Positions 11,101 through 26,100 of a stretch of 64,000 nucleotides of DNA are shown here, one piece after another. Where the stretch lies: positions 47,494,001-47,558,000 of the forward strand of contig NC_087447.1 of the NCBI RefSeq assembly GCF_036321535.1. The letters are read 5' to 3'. The DNA comes from Camelus dromedarius (Eukaryota). How positions within the stretch are numbered: the first letter of the stretch is position 1; the number at the start of each line of letters is the position of its first letter. Below the pieces are notes generated by a model. That model searched no databases. It saw only the letters and a list, made by a program, of their open reading frames with translations, and was not told the DNA's origin. A program made the translations under genes and the position numbers.

Positions 11101-14100
11101 CTCACAGGATGTTTGACTGAGTAGTTCATAATGATGTAATCAGTGCCCATGGGGAGCCAGGAGCGGAGGGTGATGACATCACGATTCTTCAGGGGCTTTG
11201 GACACCTCCCTGTGGAGGGCAAGGGTCAGTTCAGCTACACCATGGGCCTGCTTGCCTGAAAGGGAGGGCGTGGCAGAGCCCAGAGACCCAGGGATGCCTG
11301 GTTAACTGCCAGCTCCCCCTGATCCAAACAGGTTCACCCACCCACCCACCAGACCTAGTTTCTGTAGGAAAGAGACAGAACAGAATCCTCTCCCCTCCTA
11401 TCTCCAGCCATCCCTGCTCCTCACAACCTCACATAGCCTTTACCTTGCTGGCCTGACCATTTGTATATGTGAATGTGAGTGTATGAGAAAACAATGGTAT
11501 TATTGTGAGTGTGGACATGAAAATGTGTGACTGTATGTGGCAGATGGCTGTGGGTTGTGTACACAACTCTGTGTCCATGTTTTTGTATGGAGTGTGTATA
11601 CATGAACACGGGAGTGCATATGTGTTTGTGAGTATACATGTATATGTGCCCAAGTATCTGGGAGTGGACAGGGATGTCAGGGAGAGTGGCCCTACATCTT
11701 CGGTCTCTGAGCAGCCTGGCCATGGGAGGGACCACAAGGAGAGAAGGTGGGAGGAGAAGCCTTGGCTGGAGGCCTGGATGGAGGTGGAGGGGGCTGGGAT
11801 CAGCGTCCTTGCGCCTGCTCACAAGAGTAATAGCCCACATCAGCGTTGACTGTCAAGCGGGCAATGTCGAAAGTCTCAATGACGTTGCTGTCCCACTTCT
11901 TTCGGTATTCAATGTCATGTAGGACGTCGTAGAGCGTCTCTGCTGGCACATCGCGGCACTCCATCCGGCACTGCAGACAGACACATGGGTTGTCAGGGCC
12001 ACATGGGGCTCAAAGCCCTGGTCAGGGGATAGGAGGGCAGACAGGCAAAGCGGGTAGGAAGAGAAGGAGGACAGGGAAGAGCAGTGACCTCTAAAGCCAG
12101 CATGGGCTCGCCTCTTGCCATGAGCCCTGTCCAGCCCTCCCAGAAGCCAACTGTGCTGGGAGAAAGACAATCACTGTATCAGAAACCATCCGCCCCATCC
12201 CAGCCCCTACCAAACCTACCCCTTCGTCCCAGTCTCCTCCTCTCGGAAGTCTTCCTGAATTACCCAGCCAGACCTTCTGGACTCCCATACACTGAGTCTC
12301 TTTATCTGTGCCCTCCAGGCCCCTGAACTTCATGGGCAGAGGCTCACAGTCGATTCAGCACAGAGCCTGGCATGACTATATGTTAAATGAAATGAAAATC
12401 TGAATGAACAAACAAATGCCTAAATGGATGATTTATTTCCTCCATGATATGTGTATTACCTGGCTATACCATTTGTCCCCCTATTTTTTTTTTTTTCACC
12501 AACAAATATCTTTGGATTTCTTACTATTTGTTAGCCTGTTCTCAAAGAGCTTTCCATGTAGAGGAGCAAAGAGCTTAGGATACCCTTTTATAATTTAACC
12601 CCCACAATAACTCTGCCAGGCAAGAAATCCAAGGAGAGACTTAAGGCTCAGAGATGTTAAGGAACTTTCCCACAGTCACCCAGCTGGTAAATAGCAGAGC
12701 TGGCATTTAACCTAGATCACATGTCTGGAAAGCAAGTAAAAATAACCAGGTTTCACTAGATTTACACTCAGCAAGGTGAAACTCAGTCCGTATCCTTGTT
12801 CTATGATTTTTTTCACCCGAAAGCCCAAATCCCAGAATCAAATTCACTTCAGTGAATGGACAAATTTTATTGTGTAGTTTTAAGGTTTCCCAGAACAGGG
12901 TGTTCAGATGATGCCAAGGGAACCACACATATTACCTTCTACTGAAAAGGAAATACATGCAACAATATGAGGGAGGGGCCATACTGCCTTCCCCCTAATC
13001 TTGGGTTAGGCCTTGGCACCATGAATGGTGATGAGAGGACACAGGAAGGACTCATCACACTACCTATTGGGTATTCTGGGCACCAGTGCACTCATCAAGC
13101 CCTGGATATGCTTCACTTTACAGGAAATACAAAGGACAGAGGAACAAGTATCACCACAAGCATACAGCTAGGCAAAGCCAGATGGTGAGACATTCTGCAG
13201 GGTTACTGGTAAATGTAGCCTCTTCTACAGGTCAGTGTCATAAGGAAGGGACTGGGCCAGACTGAGACTTATAGGATACAACCACCACATAGAAAGTGTG
13301 GTCCTGGATTGCACAGTGGCTTGGACACAACAGCTATAAAGGACATATTTGGGACAACTGGAGAACTATGAATATGATCTGAGTATTAATAAGATACGCT
13401 GAAAATTTCCTGATACAAAATGGTGGAGATTTCTGCCTGAAGAAAAGCAGGTTACAAAGTGGAATTCATGGTCTAATCTCATTTTGGGGGCAAATATCAG
13501 CACAGAAAAAGCTTGGGAAGCACAACTTCTGAAGTGTTAACAGTGGCGATCTCTAAATGGTGAGAATATGATGGTTTTATTTTCCTTTTGCTGTCTGTAT
13601 TTCTAATTTTCTAGAATATATAGTACTGCTTCTGCAATAATGAAAAAAAGTTTTTTTTAAAAAAGTCCCCCAGAGATACTGAGAGGTGCACTCACCACAT
13701 GCCAGGTACTGTCCTACACATTACCTTAAGCATTTTATTCCTACAGCAATGCTCTCAGGTATCAGCCCCATTTTAGTTACAAAAACCAAAGTTCAAGGAC
13801 AGCTCCAGCCCACAAAGACTCATTGTGTCATCCTCCCTCCCTGCGTTCTGTTTGCTTTTCTGCTCCATGAGGGGGTATGATAGAACCAGTCACTTAACCA
13901 GTTCCAGCTCTGTGCGGAGCACAGAAGAGTCAGAGATGACTCTGAGGCCTGTCCTTCAGAGGCTTCCAGTTGAGGAAGGAGACCAACTTGGAAATGAAGA
14001 GGTGCCCCAGACTGCCCAATAGAGCAGAGAGGAGGGGGTCAGCTTTGCAGGGTGGGGCATGGGGTAGTCAGTGTTCATGGAGAAGCTCAGGCTGGAAGGT

Positions 14101-17100
14101 AGGCATCTAGCAAGTGGCCCAGATGCAGGGGCAGGTAAGAGTGTGGCCTGCAGGGGATCTGAATGAGCCCAGGGTGTGCTGTAGCCTAACACTCAAAAGG
14201 TCCTGCTTCCAGGTTGTCTTGGAGAAACACGTGATTCTGAGGTGGGGTTGGAGTAGGTATAAGATGAGCCTAGAACATCTTACTGTGCCAGAAAGGAAAG
14301 ATGATGTACGCACAGAATGATAGGGACCTTGCCCAGCAGACACAGGAGCTACAACCAACTCATCAGGGTTTGCCCAAGGCTCTCCCAGTTTAGCATTAAA
14401 AGTCCTGCATTCTGGGAAACCCCTCAGTCGTGGGTAAACTAGGACAGTTGGTCACCTATCAGGGGAAAAAGCTGGGCCAGCCCGTGTATTAAAGTGAATA
14501 ATGATAATAGCAGATTATATTCTACTGAATAAAATAGGAAACCAAAGTATATACAGGTATGAATAAATAAATTGAATGTTTGATGAGGAATAGTGTATTT
14601 ACATAGTTTCAAAGTAGCTGCCCATCAGATACTTATTAATTACAAAGGGAAAACCAGTAACTTCACAGTGCCTGGCAGATACTACCTTAATCAAGTGATC
14701 AAAGTAAACATCATTAGTGCTGGGACAAGTTACATCTGGGTGTTGCCTGACAGAATGCAATGAAAATAATACAGGCACCACTTAAGTGATATTTCTGCCA
14801 AAGATGCATGATCTGAAGCTAATCATAAGGAAACTCAGACAAACCCAAAATGAAGGACTTTTACAAAATATCTGGCCTCTAAGTGTCAGGGTCATGAAAG
14901 TCAAGGAAAGACTCAGGAACTATATCAGACTGAAAGAGACTACTGAAACATGAGTGAATGAATGAATGCGTGATTGGGCAAAGTGATGAGAAGGATGGGA
15001 TGGAGAAATGGCAGAGGCCAGATCTGGCATCATCAGGAGCATCCCAACAACCTTCCACTGAGCAGCCATGTGATGGTCCGAGTGCTGCACCTGACATTCA
15101 GCACACACTCGCTCTTCACCCCCAGCTTATGAGCTGGGTCATTCCTGTGCTGCAAAACAGAAAACTGAGGCTCAGGAGAGGAAGCAACCTGCCCAAATCA
15201 TACGGCAAGAAAGCAGCAGAGCTTCAAAATCGGATCTTCTTACACTCTTAACCATCAAGGAGCACTCAAGTGTGGCTTCTGAGGAAACCAGAACTTCTCT
15301 AAATCCAAGTTTGGAAGCTGGTTTGGCTTTGCAAGTAATCAAATGTGTTATCCCAGACAGTGAGTGTATGGAAGGGCAGTGACAACAGAATTATGCTTTG
15401 TAGGTTAGAATCCAACCTGGGAATGCCTCTTCCCTTGGGTCAGCCTTGGTGTGCCAGATGCACCCATGCTGGGGGCACACTAGAAGGGCCCACATTGTCC
15501 AGACTGCCCATTCTTCTTCTGGACTCCTCGGCCAGAGCTTTTCTGGTAGGACCAGAGGTCTCCCTCTGAGACAGCAGGCAGTGGGAGGAGCACACTGAGC
15601 TATAAGACAGACCGACACTGAGTGGAACATAAACTCTGCATAATATTTTATCTTTAAGAAAAAAAGAGAAACTTCAAAGGTTTCCCAAGCTCATAGCAGG
15701 CTCCTGGGGAGGAAGGTCAGCTGTGGGGCCTGCTGGGAAGCTGAGAACCCAGGTTGTGGCCGTGGCGCTGCAGATAAGGAAACTGAGGTGGTCTGGGTGG
15801 CCAGTGTAGAGCAGCTGCAGCCCTGGCTCTGGGCCCAGCTCTTTCCACAGCCCCTAGGAGGCAGCGGGGCTGCACCAAGAGAGGTAAATTACATCCAGCA
15901 TTGTTCCTGTCCACAGTGGCAGCCGCCACATGGGCAAGGTAATTCTAAGAGACTTCTGGAGGGACCGGTGGGGGTAGGGGTGAGTCACTGGAGAGCACCT
16001 GGTGGGCGGGGCTGTGACTGGAACCCACAGCCACTGGGGCCTGGGCAAGTCAGTCACTTTGGCTGGACACCTGGGAGCCCCCCTGAAAACCAGAACCTAA
16101 GGGGTGGCAGTGCTGGGACTGCTTAGCCAAGGAGTGAGCCATGCTTGACTGCAAAACCCTTAAGGCCTGGTTTACAGCAGGAAGTCTGACATGCAGCCAT
16201 TTTACAGCTGAGAAAACTGAGGCCCAGAGGGAGCAGGTGACACTAGAGAAATTAGACTGAAATTCCCCTGTACCCCACTTTCTCCAAACTCCATGAGGTA
16301 GAGACTTAGGATTGCCCAGAACCCCACAGAGCCAAGGTCAGAAGCAAGAAAGGCTATCGGGGAAGCTCCTAGAGGCTTTGAGTCTGGCAATCTCAGGTTC
16401 TAACCCCAGCTCCTCCCCTTAGGCACAAGATTTAACTTGCTTGAATCTTTGTTTCCTCATATGAAAAATGGAGATAATAAAGGTATCTATCTTATGGGGA
16501 TGTTGTGATTAAATTAAATGAGATAATATGTGTAACATACCTGGCACAAATACCCGCAAAATAATAGCTGTTATTACTCTAGCAGGTTTCCACAAGTAGC
16601 CATGCACCCTTCTCCACAGGGCCAGGACCAGGTCACATTTGCAGCATGGGCCTCTTTATATTTTGGGCCCCAGGCGCCTCTCTTTCTTCACCTAGACCTG
16701 CCCTTCCATCCACTCCACTTTCTGGAGTCTGCTGTGTGCCAGGCCTGCAACTGGGCAGCAGGGACCCAGAGGCAAACCAGACCTGGGCTCTGCCCAAAAG
16801 AGGTCCCATCAAGTGGGCGGTGGGAGTGATGGGGACACAAAATCCCCCTAGAGAATGAGCTGGACTGAGGGAGGTGGGGCATGGGAATTAGGGGATCAGA
16901 GGGCAACTGAGCCCAAAAGGAGAGAGAAGGCATTTCAGGCAGAGACTGGAGGGTGCAAAGGCCTGGAGGCTAAATAAATAAGTATAGAGCAGGGTCCAGT
17001 GCCCCAGCTGTGTCTCACTCTACCCTTCTCCTCTCTCCCACCCCTTGCCCTGTGCTTCTTTGGGAGGCCCTTCCCAGGCTCCGCGTTAGAGAAGAGGAAT

Positions 17101-20100
17101 CTCCACAGGAGGGAAGTGGTGGGGGAGGGGCTGCAGTATCTCCCAGGACCCAGGGAGATGGCTGACCTGAGTAGGGCGAAAGAAGGCAGGTCACGTCCAT
17201 GGGGCTGTGGTGTGGCTTTGAGGGCCAATGGCCAGGGCAGTAACAAGCAAACTGAGACACAGACAGGTGGACCCAAGTCTGGCCCTCACCCCAAGACCTC
17301 ACACAGTGGGCGGGTCTTCAATATCCTTGCCCATGGGATATGTGGGGCATGCAGAATATCCCAAAGTCCTAGGGACCAGCGGATGATCTCTTCCACCACC
17401 AGTCTTCAGGTTACCACTGGGGAACCTGAGGCCCAGAGAAGAGCCTGAAACATCCCTCAGGCTGTGCTGACTTCTCAGCATGCTGATTTTAGCAGTTTTG
17501 TTAAAGGAGTAACTGTTAAGTAAATCACCCTTTCCCAAAAGAACTATATTTAAAACAGAGAAAGCGCTCCTGGCCAGGGGTGGGGCACTAACTATCAAAT
17601 CAATCATAGCCTCAAACAATAGCCACAACCTCAATAACCATTACCATATGCTCCAAATCACTAATTCATCATCCTACAAAGGAGACAGCAGCACCTGGAC
17701 CGTGGACCCCACAGGGGCTGAAATTTAGGTCAACCCACCTCCGCCAGCTGTCAAGGGTGCCAAGCTGCATTCTATACGGACATTGGTTCTTACCCTTACC
17801 CAAAATCCTAATGGGTATCATTATCTCACTTTACAGATGCAGAAAGTAGGTCCCAGAGAGGTAAAGTGATTGATCAAGGCCACATAGTTAACAGAGGTAC
17901 AGTGGAGAACCAGAGCCTGGTATGACAGACTCCAAAGTGTCAGAACTGTGTTTCCTCCAACAAGGGGTAGGACTGGCTCAGCTAAAATAAACACGCTGGC
18001 AATGGAGGCTGCCTTAGTTAATTGATGGTTATTACGCAATATTCACTGGATTCAGAAGGGCTTGCTGACCAAGGAGGCGAAGCTCAGAGAGCCTTCCTCT
18101 AAACAAAATTCCTGACTCCATCCTCAGGCCCCACTGGGCTCAAAGGCAAGGTCGTGCTTTTCCAAAGCCCAGCACTGGAGCTCTGCACCTAGAAGCCCCT
18201 TCTGAGAAGCCTCAGGCCATTGCATTGCCCACCAGGCCCAGCTTGGCACCCTCAGGCTCAGCAATTCCAGGCTGTCTGGTCAGACAGGCCTCTGCCCTGC
18301 CACATTCTGCCTGTGTGGCCGTGGCTTGGGCAAAGGGCTTCAGCTCTGAGTCCCAGTATCTTCATCTGTCAAACAGGGATAATCCTTCCCTCAGAGTGGA
18401 GCTGTGAGGATTAACTGAGACTTGTACATAAAGCCCCCAGCAGCAGCTGCCCTCCCTTCCGCCCTAGGCTCCAGTAGCTTTCCCTGACGTCTCAGGCCCT
18501 GCCGAGGGGAGTGCTTTCCTAGTAATACCAACGGGCACGACATACAGGGACAAGGAACAAAGTTTAAAACAACGAAAATGTCCTGGATCCCATCATAGGG
18601 TAGATGGACAGGGAGGGGTGGGTGACCCTTTTATACCAGGGCCCTCCACCGGCTCCAACCTCAAAACCCACAGCGAGGCACTGCCCCCACCATATCAGTC
18701 CAAGCACTGAGACATACAGAGACTGTCCCAGAACACACAGCAGATGAGGGGCTCAGCTCCAGTGGCCCCTCTGCCCTGTCTGCTCCGGGTCTTCCTCCTG
18801 GAGCCACTCACCACCTGCTTGCTGGCTTCAGGGCCCTCCACTGCCCCTCCCAAAGGCCTCAGAGGGCCAGCATGGAGCCAAGCTGCTTGAGCACCTGCCC
18901 TTGCCTCTCGGTTTCTGGGCTTCCCCCAGAATGGAGCCCCCTAAGGCCTTCCCCAATGTCCCCCCCAGATCTTAAGAGCAGCTCAACAGCACTAACACAA
19001 GGGATCAGGGGAAGTGGTGAGAGGGTGTGCAGGAGGAGAGAGATCTGATAAGTCCTGCTTTCCCAAGACCTCCCCTCACTGGCTCCTGTGCTATTTTGTC
19101 TTCAAACTTTGGCTTGGCTGTTCCCTGTCCAGACAGCCCACCCTGCTCCTTAATTCTTCAGGTTGGGCTGGGGGCCTACTCCTCTACCCCCGACCCCTAC
19201 TACCAATGCACCTCCCTCCATCAGCACACACTGCAGTGTATCAGTTTGCCTGCGGCACCATGGTCCCTTGTTCATGGCGTCCCCAGTGCCTGGCATAATT
19301 TAGCAAAGAACTGTTGCCTGAATGGAAGGATGGATAGGTGAGCCAACAAACAGGTCATGCCTGTGTGAATGTCTCTGTGTGAGTGCTGGGGCCGTGGCCG
19401 GTGGTCCTCAGTGCTCCTGTGGAGAAGGAAGGGTCGTCATGAAAACCTCTTGGACTCTTGTAAAACTCTCTATGGCACCTGAGGCTGATTACTACTACTG
19501 CCTTCACTCTCTTATAAAATGGAATGTAAGAGGGGGTCAGAGACAGGTTCAGGGCAGATTCTGGGACTTGCTGTAAGATCTTTAATAGTTCTGATAAAGA
19601 AAAGTAAACTAGAGCTGTACTGAAGTACCAATTCATACTTGGTAAATTAGCAAAAACATATAAAATACCCACTGCTTGGGAGGATATGATAAAACTGTTA
19701 CCCAGTTAGTGACAGCAAACACTGGTTCCCCTATTCTGAAAAGCAATTTGGCAAATATTTTTAAAATTATAAAAATGTATCTTTCAACTCAGTTTCTGGA
19801 ACCCCAGGACCAGAAATGTATACTCAGGAAAAAATATACAAAACAAAGAAAAAACATTCTGTTACAATATTCATGACTATATTATTGCATTTGTAATTAG
19901 CACAGTATATTGGAGGACAACCTGGAACATCACCAACAGCAGGGCCTGGTTAGGTTAAGAATAATACATCACCTTGAGTATCACCCAGCTACTAAGGACA
20001 GTGGGCTCCCCCAGGTTAGGGACAGGGGCCCCTCAGAACCCAGAACAGGCCTGGCAGGGAGCAGCTGCCAGAAATGTTCATGAATTAATAATTCTGTAGC

Positions 20101-23100
20101 AATAGGAGAAACTTCCACAGATGCACTGTTAAATGAACAAAAGAGGACACAAACTTGTAGCTGTGCCATGGTCTAAACTGTGTATAAATTATCTACACCC
20201 TTGAATGAGAGCTGGAAGGAACCAGGGAAGAGTTTCACTCAGAAATTGAAGCTCTGGGTGATTTATTTACCATTTTTAGATTCTTGTTACTGTTGGTACA
20301 ATAGAGTTTATACAAGATAAAGAAACGATACTTTTTTTTCTGAGTGTTGTCCAGAGTCCCAAGGTCCCGGTTCCCTGGACCAGGAAGTCTGGAATCAGCT
20401 GAGATGGCTCTGAGGCAGCCCAGGCTGATGCCAAGTTACCTCAGAAATACTCTGCATGGTGCAGCCATGCCGGGAGCGGAGCCAGAGGGGACTCAGGGCC
20501 CTTCTAACCTCGGCCAGGGCACAGGCATGAAAACCCTGGAGCCTCAGGGCAGGGACCAAGGCAAGTAGGGGACACAGGCACAGGGAGGGGCACCTATGCA
20601 GAGTCCTACAGGATGAACAGAAGAGTAGATGGCACCCAGATGTGAGGACAGGGAACAGGCTCCTGGCAGAGGCGCTGGCCTGAGCCTGGGGACTAGAAAT
20701 GGCCTGGCCTGGCTGGGGGAAGGAGAGAGCTCATGCAGTTCCACGAGGTAACCCGAGTGGACAAGGATAGAGGCAGGAGGAAATGGTGTGGTCCCTTGGG
20801 TCCCTCAGACCATTCATTCATTCATCCATTCAGCTAATGTTAACAGTGTGTCAGCCCTGTGCCAGGCTCTGTGCTAGGGGCCTTGTAAATTCACCTAATT
20901 CCATCCTCTCAGTCACCAGGAGGAGGGAAGACCATGCCCATTTGTAAATGGTGGCTAAAAAGAGTGAAGTGAAGAACCATCCTGGAACCCAGTATGACCC
21001 AGAGTCCACCCCTGAGGCTGTTCCCTAAGAACCAGGCTTTGCTCTGTGAAGAACCCAAGGAATTGCAGGTGGGCCAGCACTTGGCCAAACAAGGACTGTC
21101 CCTGGAGGGTCCATTCTAGGGGCTGGGGCTGTTGGAGAGGCTCTGCCTGGAGTTGGGGAAGCTGGAAAGACACAGAGAACAAATGTGGTGTGGGCCCAAC
21201 ACAGGGTCTGTTTCCCCCACCTTCAGGCTCAGAGTTCTTACCTGCAAAATGACCAGACAAGCCCAGTGCCAGGGGATCTGGCAGCAGATACCCCCAACCC
21301 ATTTTCCCTCCAAAAGTGAAGCCGTCCTGAGACTGGTGGTATGGGGAGGTACTGCCATGCCTCCCCCAGACACAGCTTCCCCAGTCTGCTCAGGAAGACC
21401 AAGCCAGGCCTCTCTGCTGCTCCCAACCCAGGGCTGAGTGACTCATCCCTACTCTGCCTCCTTCCCCCTCCCCTCCCTCCAGTCTCCAGCGGCCTCCCTG
21501 GACCCACCCCCACCTCCAGGCCCCAGCTCTGCAACCATGAGGAACATTCAGCTCTGACCTCTCAGAAGCTGACCTCCTGGTCTGGAGCTCCACTCTGCTC
21601 CAGCCCTGGGGGAGATGGGGGAGCCAGACAGAGGAGGTAGAGCTGAGAAAGATAGCAGAGAGTGGGTGGACTGGCAAGAAAAGAAAGGGGGTGAAGGAGA
21701 CCAGTGAAATAAGACAGGGGCCAGGGCTGACACACAGATGTCAAGACAAAGACAAATTGGATAAACACTTCCCAGGGCTTTGGGGACTGCCAGTGGCCTG
21801 ATGCCCCCAAAACTCTCTAATGAGCTCCAGATTGTGTCTTCAGCAGCCTCCTGGGCATCAGCCCCTGGACAGCCTGCAGGCTCACATTCACCATGTCTGC
21901 TACTGTTGTATCATCCACCCCCAACACCCACTCCCCTCCTGGTCCGCTCAGCCATGACCTTCCCAACAGCTCCTCTTTGCCAACCCTAGGCAGGCCTTAC
22001 CATCCCTGCTTGGAACACTGCAGCCGCATCCTCATCACTGGTCTCCTGGCTCCCAGGCCAATCTGTTGCCTGCAGCCAGGGAGCTTTGTAAAACCCAGTG
22101 ATGACGGTACTGCCCAGCTTGAAAAACTGCAGTCTCTGCCTTCAGGATCAAATCCTAACTTTAAAACATCCTCCCCACTCTGGCTCTGCCTCTACTCCCT
22201 CCTCACCCATAGTCTATAACCCTGCTCCTGGGAGTGCACCTCACTGAGGGGCTCACCAAGACCTTCTCAGCCTGCCACCTGACTCCTGTTGGGCCCCCCA
22301 GGTCCCACATAGATACCACTCCCCCCATCTCCACCATGCTGTCAGCCACTGGCCTCCCTCGTCCTGAGTCCTCACGAAGGGCTGTCAACGTCTCCATTGG
22401 TCTTCCCAGCTAGGCCTTAATAGCAAGGCCTGGGGCTGATCCATCTCCAGGTCCCCAGCACCAGCACAGTGGCTGGCAGAGTGGATGGGAAGCAGGAGAA
22501 GAGGTTCATCAAATGAATAAATAACTAGGACAGAAAAAAAAAAAAAAAGGAGAAAAAGGGACACATAAAGGCAGAGGCAGTAACCATCAGAGACAGGGAT
22601 AGAAAATACACCCTAAAGGGAGACTCTGAGACCCAGAGACAGGCCCAGGGGCAAAGACAGGAAGCTGGAGGGAAGCAGGAAGCAGGGATGGGAAAACCGA
22701 GGCAGAGCCAGAGTTGAGCAGTGGGGTGGGAGCCACCAGGAGACAGCTGAGGAGACATAATTGGATCAGAGACAACTCTGCTGCAGTGAGGGGGTGTGAC
22801 TCACACACACAGAGTAACGCCAGACACAGAAACACACACAGAGTCTCACACTCAGAGGCACAGACACAAAACCTTAGGTGCATACACACATACACACACA
22901 CCCAATATGGATTTAATGACCCTTGTCAGGTGCCCGCCCCTGAGGGCTCATAGTCTACCCAACTAAGGACCAGATGACACACACAGTCACTCACAATCCA
23001 GCTCCACACACAGAGGGCCCAAGTACAGAAGGCCAGACAACTCCTACCATGTCATCCTGTCCTCATAACACAACCACCATCTGGTATGTTATTTAGTTGT

Positions 23101-26100
23101 TTGCTTCTGTTTTGCTTGTCTCCCTTGCAAGACGTAAACCCATGACAACAGGGTCTGATCAGTCTGGTTTGCCACTAAATTCCTGGATATACCTGGCATA
23201 TAGTATGTGCACAATAAATATATGTTGAATGAATGAATGTTGGAGACACACAAGGGAACTCCATCCCCTCTGTCAGGTCTCTGCCTTAAGAATCATCACT
23301 TCCCTAGTTCAGCACCAGGTCCCAGGTAACCAGGAAGGGTCCAGAAACAGAGAAGGGGCATCTAGGAGATGGTAGAGGGGATTCTCAGGAAACCAGGGGT
23401 GGATGCAGGCTGTGACATGAAACCTAACGTAAGAGATTAAATGGCCCAGGCACTGCAGGAGACCAAAGGTGGTAGTTACACCATTTCCCATGGCAGAGGG
23501 TGGGGGTGAGTGGGGGTTAAACATGCAGGCATTGTTCCCCTGCCCCAAGACATAAGGATTCTAGAGAGAGGTCAGAGGTAGCAAGTAGCTGCCTTCAGGG
23601 AGCCAGGCTGAGAGGCAGAAAGGCTAAAGCCCCCAGAGAACAGCTCCAGCTGCCCTGTGCCACCTGCACAGTCTCCCTTTAATGACAGGTGAAAGGAGTC
23701 TGTATTTGGCATGGGACCCACCACTAAGTTCTGGGCCTGCTGCTGTCTTACACTGCCTATGTTTCTGACGTTCTAGGGGTCCTGGAGCATTGAGGCCAGC
23801 CCAGCAAGCCTGAGGGAATACAGTGAGGTACAGGGAGGGACAAAGACACCTCAAGTTCAATGTCTGGTCTGAGCATCTTTACTCCCACCTGTTGCTGGAG
23901 CATGCTCACCTGCTCAGGTCAGGGGCAAAGGTGAAGGGGCAAGGCGGGAATATCCCCGTCTATCTTGGTGGCCGCTGGCCCCTCGGGAACAGGCTGGAGT
24001 GGCCAAGCTGAGGTCCCAGATCCCTAAAGAGTTTCAGGCTTCTGGGGTCATGGTGCCCATAGCCCTGGCTCCATGAGGCCCAGTCAGGCATGGAGATGCA
24101 GGGGAAGAAAGAAAACCCATCTGTCTCCAGGACTCCCTCCTTTCTGTCATCTCCTAAAACTTTAAAGACTCTCAGCTGGAAACTGAGCTGGGGCTTGTTA
24201 AAGTTTAAAAGCCAGAGCCTGGAGAGCTAGTCATGGGGGCACAGAGCCAGCCCAAGGGCTGAGGGCTCTTCTAGCCCTAGCATGGAGGCTAACTGGAGGC
24301 ACATACCCCACCCCACTGGTTCATCGCCCCCAGGGGGCTGCGCATTCATATCATCTCACATTCCAGCTTGCACAAGAGTCTGCATACCATAACCACCATG
24401 TCCCATCCTTTATACCTCCTAAATCTCTCTGGATGCAGTCCCTTGCTCCATTCCCCACAGCCCCTGCTTTAGCGCAGGCCTTGGCATGTCTTCCCAGACA
24501 AATACAGCAGGGCCCTAGTCTAGCTCTCGAATCACCTCCAGCCCCTTGAGTTCCAGGCACCAACTGAACCACCAGCAGTTCTCCTAATGCACTGCCCTGT
24601 TTCCTGCCTCTGGGCCTTTGTGCAGTTTTTCCTCTGGGTGGAACGCTCCCAATGCTGTCAAACTTGTATTCTTCATTCTCTACCCAATTCCAAATGGATC
24701 ACTTGAGCATTTCTCCCTGACCCTGGTTCACAGGCTCCCCTCTGGGTCTCCACAGCTCCTGTGATGACAAGTGTCTGTCCCAGCATCCAGCTGGGAGTCC
24801 TTTGAGTGCGGGGTTTGAGTTTGATACCCCTCTCTGTCCCCAACATCCAGCACAGGGCCAGGCAGAGAGGCTATCAGTGAATGTTCACTGAATGAGCAAA
24901 GGAATGAATGAAGTGCCCAGAGGCAGGCAAGACAGCACTGCTATCCACATGTGACAGATGACAAAGCTAAAGCCTCGCTGCCCAAGGCCACACGGCCAGG
25001 ACTCTGGACCCTATGGCCTCAGGCCAACCTAGGCACCTCCTGGAAATTTTCCCCAGAGCCTCCAGCCATCTCTGACCTTTCCCTTCTCTGATCTACCCCA
25101 CCTGGAGGTCCAGACCCTGACTACTTGGCCGTCATGTTCTTTGGGAATCTGTTCCCTGAGGACAGCTCTGGACTACTTCTTCCAGCTGCCCCCACACCAA
25201 GTCAGAGCAAGAGCCAGCCAGGTCAGGGTTCTCAGGGCCTCAGCCTGGAATGAGGAGCCCCATCTAGGGACCTCTCTGATGGCACAGCCTTACCCCTCCA
25301 TCCTTACTCCATGTCTAGCAGTGCAGATGCCCTTACTGTGACTAATCTAAGACCAGGACAGCCTCTACAAACCACCTCCCAGCAACTTCCTGTAGAGATA
25401 GATAAACTGAGCCCCAGAGGGGACAGAGGCCCAGACTGAACCTGAACTTACTGAATTCAAACCCCTAAAACCCAGTTAACTCCTGCCTCCGCCACCACAG
25501 TTAGGAAGACTGACTTGAAAAGGTGAAGTGACCCCTAAGGTCACACAGTTAGAATCAGGTGTTTGCCCAGCTGGGTTCCCTCCAGGGTGCCCTTCCACAG
25601 TGACACAGCACAAGGAGACCCAAGCCAGGAGAGGGGAGAAGATTCTGAGACACAGAGTCCTGGGGATGGAAGGGCCCAGTGCTAATAAGCAGGCCCAAGG
25701 GAGTAAAGAGATTTCAGTCTTGGAGTCCCAAAGACCTGGATTCTGATCCTGCCTCAGCCACCTTCTAGCTGTTTGACTGCACAAGTGAATTCTGCCCTGA
25801 ACTTTGGCTTCCACATCTGTTCAAGGCAGTTAACAAGACCCACACCACAGGGCAGTTGTGAAGATTCAGTGAGAAGGCATGAAGAAAACACCTGGTCCTG
25901 TTGACTGTCCCCACCTTCCTCATGACCCTTTTGAGTCCCACGGACTGTTAAGAGTGAGAAGAACCTCTGGAGATCCTTGAGATGATCCCAAATTTCACAG
26001 AGGGAGAGAATGAGGTGCTAAGAGGGGACAGGCCTGAGCATTGGCTTCAGAGCTTGGAACCCAGGGGACCTGTGATGTGGAAGCAGGTGGACAGTGAGAC